From NCBI GenBank assembly GCA_002104945.1, contig MCFH01000001.1:1798001-1862000 (forward strand): a stretch of 64,000 nucleotides of DNA, in the 5' to 3' direction. The notes beneath the pieces are model-generated. The model had not been told where the DNA came from. It searched no databases and saw only the letters and a list, made by a program, of their open reading frames with translations. Positions 58,412 through 64,000 of this stretch are shown here, piece by piece. The stretch is from Piromyces finnis finn (lineage: Eukaryota > Fungi > Neocallimastigomycota). The translations under genes were made by a program, and so were the position numbers. The first letter of the stretch is position 1, and every line of letters starts with the position of its first letter.

Positions 58412-60134
58412 TGTCTTTTAAATACTTAATACAATATTGATTACTATTTATATTTATCTAAATAAATATCCACTTTTTTATATATTATTATATATATTAC
58501 TCTTCAAATAAATTCTAGATTATAAATGAAAAACAAAATCAACTTTTTCTCTTCTTTTATATTGACAACATTACAAATATTAATATTTTTTTCATTATGA
58601 ATATTAATTATATACAAATTTACTGTTATATTAGTATATATATATAATATATTATTTTAATAAATATGATTTACTCATATAATATATTATATAAATTATC
58701 TATCTATATACAAAAAATTAATATATTACATTTCTATATTTTCTCAAATAAAGAGAAATATATTTCATTGTTTAAAAAATTATTTATTTATTTACTTTTA
58801 TTGATTGATTTAATTAGAATACTATTTATTCATTCATTCATATTACTCGCAAATTATTAAATAAATTTCAAATTTTTATAAATAATAATTATAACAATAG
58901 TAAAATTTTGAATAAATACTATTATTATGATTACTTAAAATATAAAACTGAAACTATTATAATATAAAATATTCTCATAAAAATTATAATAACATAATTT
59001 CTTGTACGTCTTATAAATAAAAAAAAAAAAAAAAACAGCACAATTTAGGTAAACTATCCATAAATTTTAAATAAATTTAAAATATATTATGTGCATTTAA
59101 TATTAAAAAAAAAAAAAATAGATTTTCTGTATAATTAAATAACCTCAATAATTACATTCATTTATGAAGTATTTAATGGGAAATTATATGATTTAAATTT
59201 TCTCTCTAATTATAATTGAAATATACAAAGTATATGCAATTTAATTCATTAATATATCATTTACAATCAAAGTAATGTTAATACTATAAGAATAAAAATA
59301 AAATTATGTATTGAATGAAATTTTCTAAGCTATTCATTGCTTTAATGTTTTGAACATCTGAAAACAAAATAAACTATTTTCTGTAAAATTAAAGAAAAAG
59401 AAAAACAGAAATTAAATTGCTATTTAATTTAAAAAAATTTTAGAAGAATATTAATTACTAATAAATTAGCTATTAGTAATAAATAGAAAAGTTTGAAATG
59501 GTTAGTAAAAGAATTATAACACCTTCTCGAGGTAATATTAATTTTATAAGCTTTATTATTAATTATTTTTAGTAATTATTAGTAATTATTAGTAATAGAA
59601 AATAAAATAATTATAAAGCCTCAATTGAAGCTCTAGTATAAATAGTTGAAGAAAAAACTAGTTAAGCTTCAAATGAGAATTATTTTCAATATTATATAAA
59701 AACTTTTTATTATTACTTTTACTTAAAAAAGTCCTCTTTTAAATATTAATAAAAATTAGATTTTAATTTAAACCTAAATAATTAATAAAAGAAATTTTTA
59801 AATAAATTTTTAATAAATTTTTATTATTGTTATTTTTTAAATTTTTATCAAACTTAAATTAATAATAAAATAATCTCTATTCACCAGTATACCAAACGAT
59901 ATATCATTTAATTAAAAGATAAACTTTTTTTACATAATTTTTTTTCTTTTCTGTTTTCGTCATATTATATTCTATTAGTACGTACACTTGAAAGCATTTT
60001 CGTATTTTTCTTATAATATTAATTTTTATTATTAAAATTAAAAGTATTGATAAAAAAAAAGATTTTATTTTATATTATTATTTAATAAATAAATGTAGTA
60101 AATGTGGTGTATTAAATAAGTTTGAATTTATTTG

Positions 60135-60166
<32 letters not shown>

Positions 60167-61004
60167 AATTAATAATAAGAAGAAGATAAAGAAGAAACAA
60201 CAATAATAATAAGAAATGATAATAATAATAGTAAGAAGAAATAATAATAAGAATAATAATAATAATAAATATATAATTTTAATTTTATGATTATTGAATT
60301 ATAATTATATATATAATATATATATAATATTAATGGATAATAATAAAAGACATAGTGAAAATATATATGAATTGATAAAAAACAAATTTGCAATTCAAAT
60401 TTAAAATTTGAATCTTTTCTTTTTTTTAAAAAAAAAAAACCTTCCAATTAAATGTTACACGAAATATTAATAAATTTAAAGATTATCTATTTATAGTTAT
60501 AAATTAATTACTTCTAATTTTTATTTAATTATTTTGTTTTTTGTTTGGTTTTTAATAAAAATGTTTTTGTTTTAAATTGTTTTTTTCATATAATTGGGTT
60601 TCGAAAAAAAGGTTCAAAAGTAAAAATATCTTTTATATAGTTATTATTTTTTAATAAAAAAAAATAATACCTTAAATTATTATAACTTTATTTAGTTATA
60701 TTAATTAAAAATATTAACTAAATAATTTTAAAATGTACAAACAAACCGAATTTTTCTTTTAATAATTCCAAACTTGATTTTTAATGAACCATAAAAAATT
60801 TTAGTATCTAAAAATTATTATATAAATAATTGTTTTTTTTTTAAAAATTCTTTACTTTTTTTAAAAATAATAATAGTAATAATAAAATAAAATACAATAA
60901 AAATTATATCTAATAGATAAAACTTTATAATAAATTCATTTATACATAAAAATAAACTTTACAACTACTATCTGTAATAATATAATTAATATTTTTTACT
61001 TATA

Positions 61005-62872
61005 ATGTTTATTATTGATAAAAAAGAGTTTAAAGGAAACTCAGAATTAAAGAAAAAACAGTCTATTACTACTGAAGATAAAGAAACGTATGAAAATTAA
61101 CTTTATGCATTTTATTTCTAAAAATTACTAATTATATCTTTTAACTATCAACTAAATTACATATTAATTTTAGTATAAAAATCTTTGATACAGACAACAT
61201 AATTGAAAGAATTAATATTCGTTTCAGTGGTGTTGTTAAAGATAAAGAAGCAATTATTGCAAAAGAAAATATTTTACCTATACCATTCAAAGATGTTCCA
61301 AGTCCAAATTTTCCTGAACCTTGGTTAACTGTATCTTTTGAAAAATTTCTTTCTCTTATTAAAGCTTTAGCTTACGTTCTAAAAAAAAAAAATATGATAA
61401 CTTCATCTTCTTCTCAAGCCATTATTAAAAATGGACAATATTCAAGTTAGTTAAATAATATCATAATTGAAATATATAATTTAATATAAAACAATTAGCT
61501 AATTAATTTTATTCTGTTTACCTAATTTAATTCATAATTTAAAATAAGAAATAAAGTTTGTTTCATGGCAATGTATTAATGCTACTGAAATTTGTCGACA
61601 ATATATTTACCCTTTCATGAAATTATATTCTCCTCTATTCATTAAGTAATTCAATTATACATATTTATAAATAATTATTTAACTACATTATTTAAAATAT
61701 TATTATAAAATTTCATTATTTAATATTTTTTCTTATAATTAAAATAATAGTATTCCGTTTCATCATGCTATGGGTGTGATTTGTACAATTGCATACTCTA
61801 TAACTAACGGAAGTAGTTTAATTTATCATACTTAGCAATTATACGATATTGTTTCCAGAAATAATATTAGATGATATGGCCAATACTAGGGCTATCAATA
61901 CAATGCAATTTCCATTCCATGTTAGTATTAAATTTATATTTATTAATTAATAAAGATATTTTCCTATATAGTGTTTTTCACTAATATTTTTAAATTTTGT
62001 ATTGATTGCTTATATAAATTTTTAAATTAGTACGCTGAATATAAAATGTTGTTTGATAATAATCATCCAAGATGTCCAATATGGAAAAAATATTTTGATG
62101 AAACATCTAAATTCAGATGTTTTATAAGCGGTGCTCCTTTAAATCCAATGGTCAAAAAATGGTTTAAGGATACTTTAAATATTAATAGTATTTCTTGTTT
62201 TGGATCATCTGAAGGTAGACTCATATTATATGAAAATCATACTGATCCACTATTACCGGGTGAAGAAGGATATTTTTGTAGAATTCCATGGATTGACTTC
62301 CTCTTAAAACCACTTAATGATGATGATCCTAATATCGGTGAACTTTATACTCATTCTGATGTCTCTGTTCTTGGCTACTTTGGAAGAGCTAAACCTGGTG
62401 AATTTTATGATTCTCCTGTTCCAGGAATGCGTTGTGACATTGGCACAGCTAATGAATCTAATGAATTTAATGAATCTAATGAAAATGGTGGAAATGGTAG
62501 AAATGAGATTGTTGAAAATAAAAATATATTAAACAAAACAAATGAAAATTTCTCTAACAAAATTCAAGCAAACTAATATATTATCAAGAAAATTGAATAA
62601 ATACTTCTCTCCTGCCATCCTCTTCAACTACGGTAATACTTATGCTCTAGCTATATTCATTACTGGAAATACAGAAAAAAGAAATAAAGACTTTAAAGAA
62701 TCTATTTCTTCTTCTTCACCTCATGAAAAATAATGAAAAGATCGCTATCATCGGTATAGGTCTTCGTTTACCTGGCGCTATTAACAATGCTAAATCTTTA
62801 TGGATGTCTTTAGCTAAAGGAGAGGATTGTGTTTTACCACCTCTTAAAAACAGAGACTTACATCGTAATTAC
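61005..62872 (+). pseudogene. Disrupted adenylation (acyl-CoA/acyl-AMP ligase-like)-ACP-ketosynthase gene, a relic of a loading-module type I PKS
   Basis: Spliced A-domain pieces: LAYVL...TSSSS, IPFHHAMG, ISGAPL, FGSSEG, GELY...LGYF. Then an ACP C-terminal helix (LSRKLNKYFSPAILFNYGNTYALAIFI) and a KS start (NEKIAIIGIGLRLPGAINNAKSLWMSLAKGEDCV). Frame breaks occur near 61595, 61825, 62560 and 62725. No TGD/GR motifs, no GxDS serine and no DPQQR continuation appear before the window ends. Confidence 0.7.
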
Positions 62873-64000
62873 GTTAATAAAATAAATATAAAATTAATAT
62901 TATATATATGACGAAAATAATGCATTTTATATTTTCTTTTTTTTTTTGTAATATGGTTAAATTATAGAAAAAAAAGATATTATTTTATATTTTTTCTTTT
63001 TCATTAGCTATTTTTATTATTATTATTAGTATTAGTATTATTATTATGTTTATGTTTATTATGTTTATTATTATTTCTAAAAAAAAATGTTTTGTTTTTT
63101 ATGACAAATTTTTATTGCCTGAAATAATGAGATTTTAATAAACCTATCATCATAATTACAAAAATAAATGTATACAGTAACTATTATTGTATACATTTGC
63201 TTTTGTAATTCTGAAAAAGAAAATATTAATATTATTATTCTGATCTTTTTAATCTTATCCACTATTCACTATAATAAAGAAAATACAAAGTTAAATATAT
63301 TAGTCATATATTAAAGTATGTCCAGTATATTTACTTATTGTAACACTATATTAAAAAATTTAAAAAAAATGAAATAAAGCCTAAATATTGTATTATATAA
63401 ATAAAATTTAATTAAAATGGGAAATCTGTATCCTAAAATACAAAAAAAAAAATAAATTCTATGGTCTTTATTAAAAATATAAAAAGATATATTTTTGTTC
63501 ATTTCATTATAGTGATATATATATCTATTATGGATATGATTAAATATTATTTATTTCATTATTTTCTATGCCCATATGTCCATTATATAAAAATTATTAA
63601 ATTAAGTAATTAATATAAAACCTTTTTTTAATTTTAAAAAAAAGGTTTGTTAAGTAAAACATAATTAAAAGCAGTTCTTTAATTATATTAACAGTTACAC
63701 AAAATTAAATTTCTTAATTTTCTTTAAAATAACATTTTAAAAAAAAAAAACAATTTACCTATAATTATATTAAATAGAGTTTATAATGTTGATTAATAAT
63801 TTCTATTCCTTCATTAAAAAATAAATTTATTATTGGATAATTAATTAAAATAAATATAAATCGTTTACATAGTTTTTCTTCAAAACAAAAAACATAATTA
63901 ATGATTTCTTTATATGGAAATGAATGAAAAATAAAAGAATTAAAAAATAAATTGATTTAGAAATGTAGTTTGATTATTGGTTATTATTTATTAATTGAAA

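Overview
Extremely AT-rich, intron-rich eukaryotic DNA. The fungal dockerin (CBM10-type) enzymes, short GT-AG introns and homopolymer-rich intergenic DNA point to an anaerobic gut fungus (Neocallimastigomycota). Supported genes, left to right: Sec14/CRAL-TRIO protein; class-V PLP enzyme (Egt2/cysteine desulfhydrase-like); a two-exon membrane-anchored Lys-rich protein; VCX1 Ca2+/H+ exchanger; a 24-exon LRR gene largely missing from the ORF track; P5B ATPase (YPK9-like); intronless dockerin-dockerin-GH30; an 80-aa microprotein; a multi-exon TmcB/TmcC-like membrane protein; a ~2170-aa ankyrin protein; a GH18 chitinase with two C-terminal dockerins; and a decayed adenylation-ACP-KS (loading-module PKS) gene at the right end. 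The three most notable observations: (1) the LRR gene is built from symmetric 69-nt one-repeat exons, one of which carries an in-frame 430-aa His/acidic/Asn-rich insertion; (2) a young tRNA-derived SINE with a ~45-nt poly(A) tail and a perfect 15-bp target-site duplication; (3) the A-ACP-KS relic. All exon structures and family calls were made by eye, with no database search.
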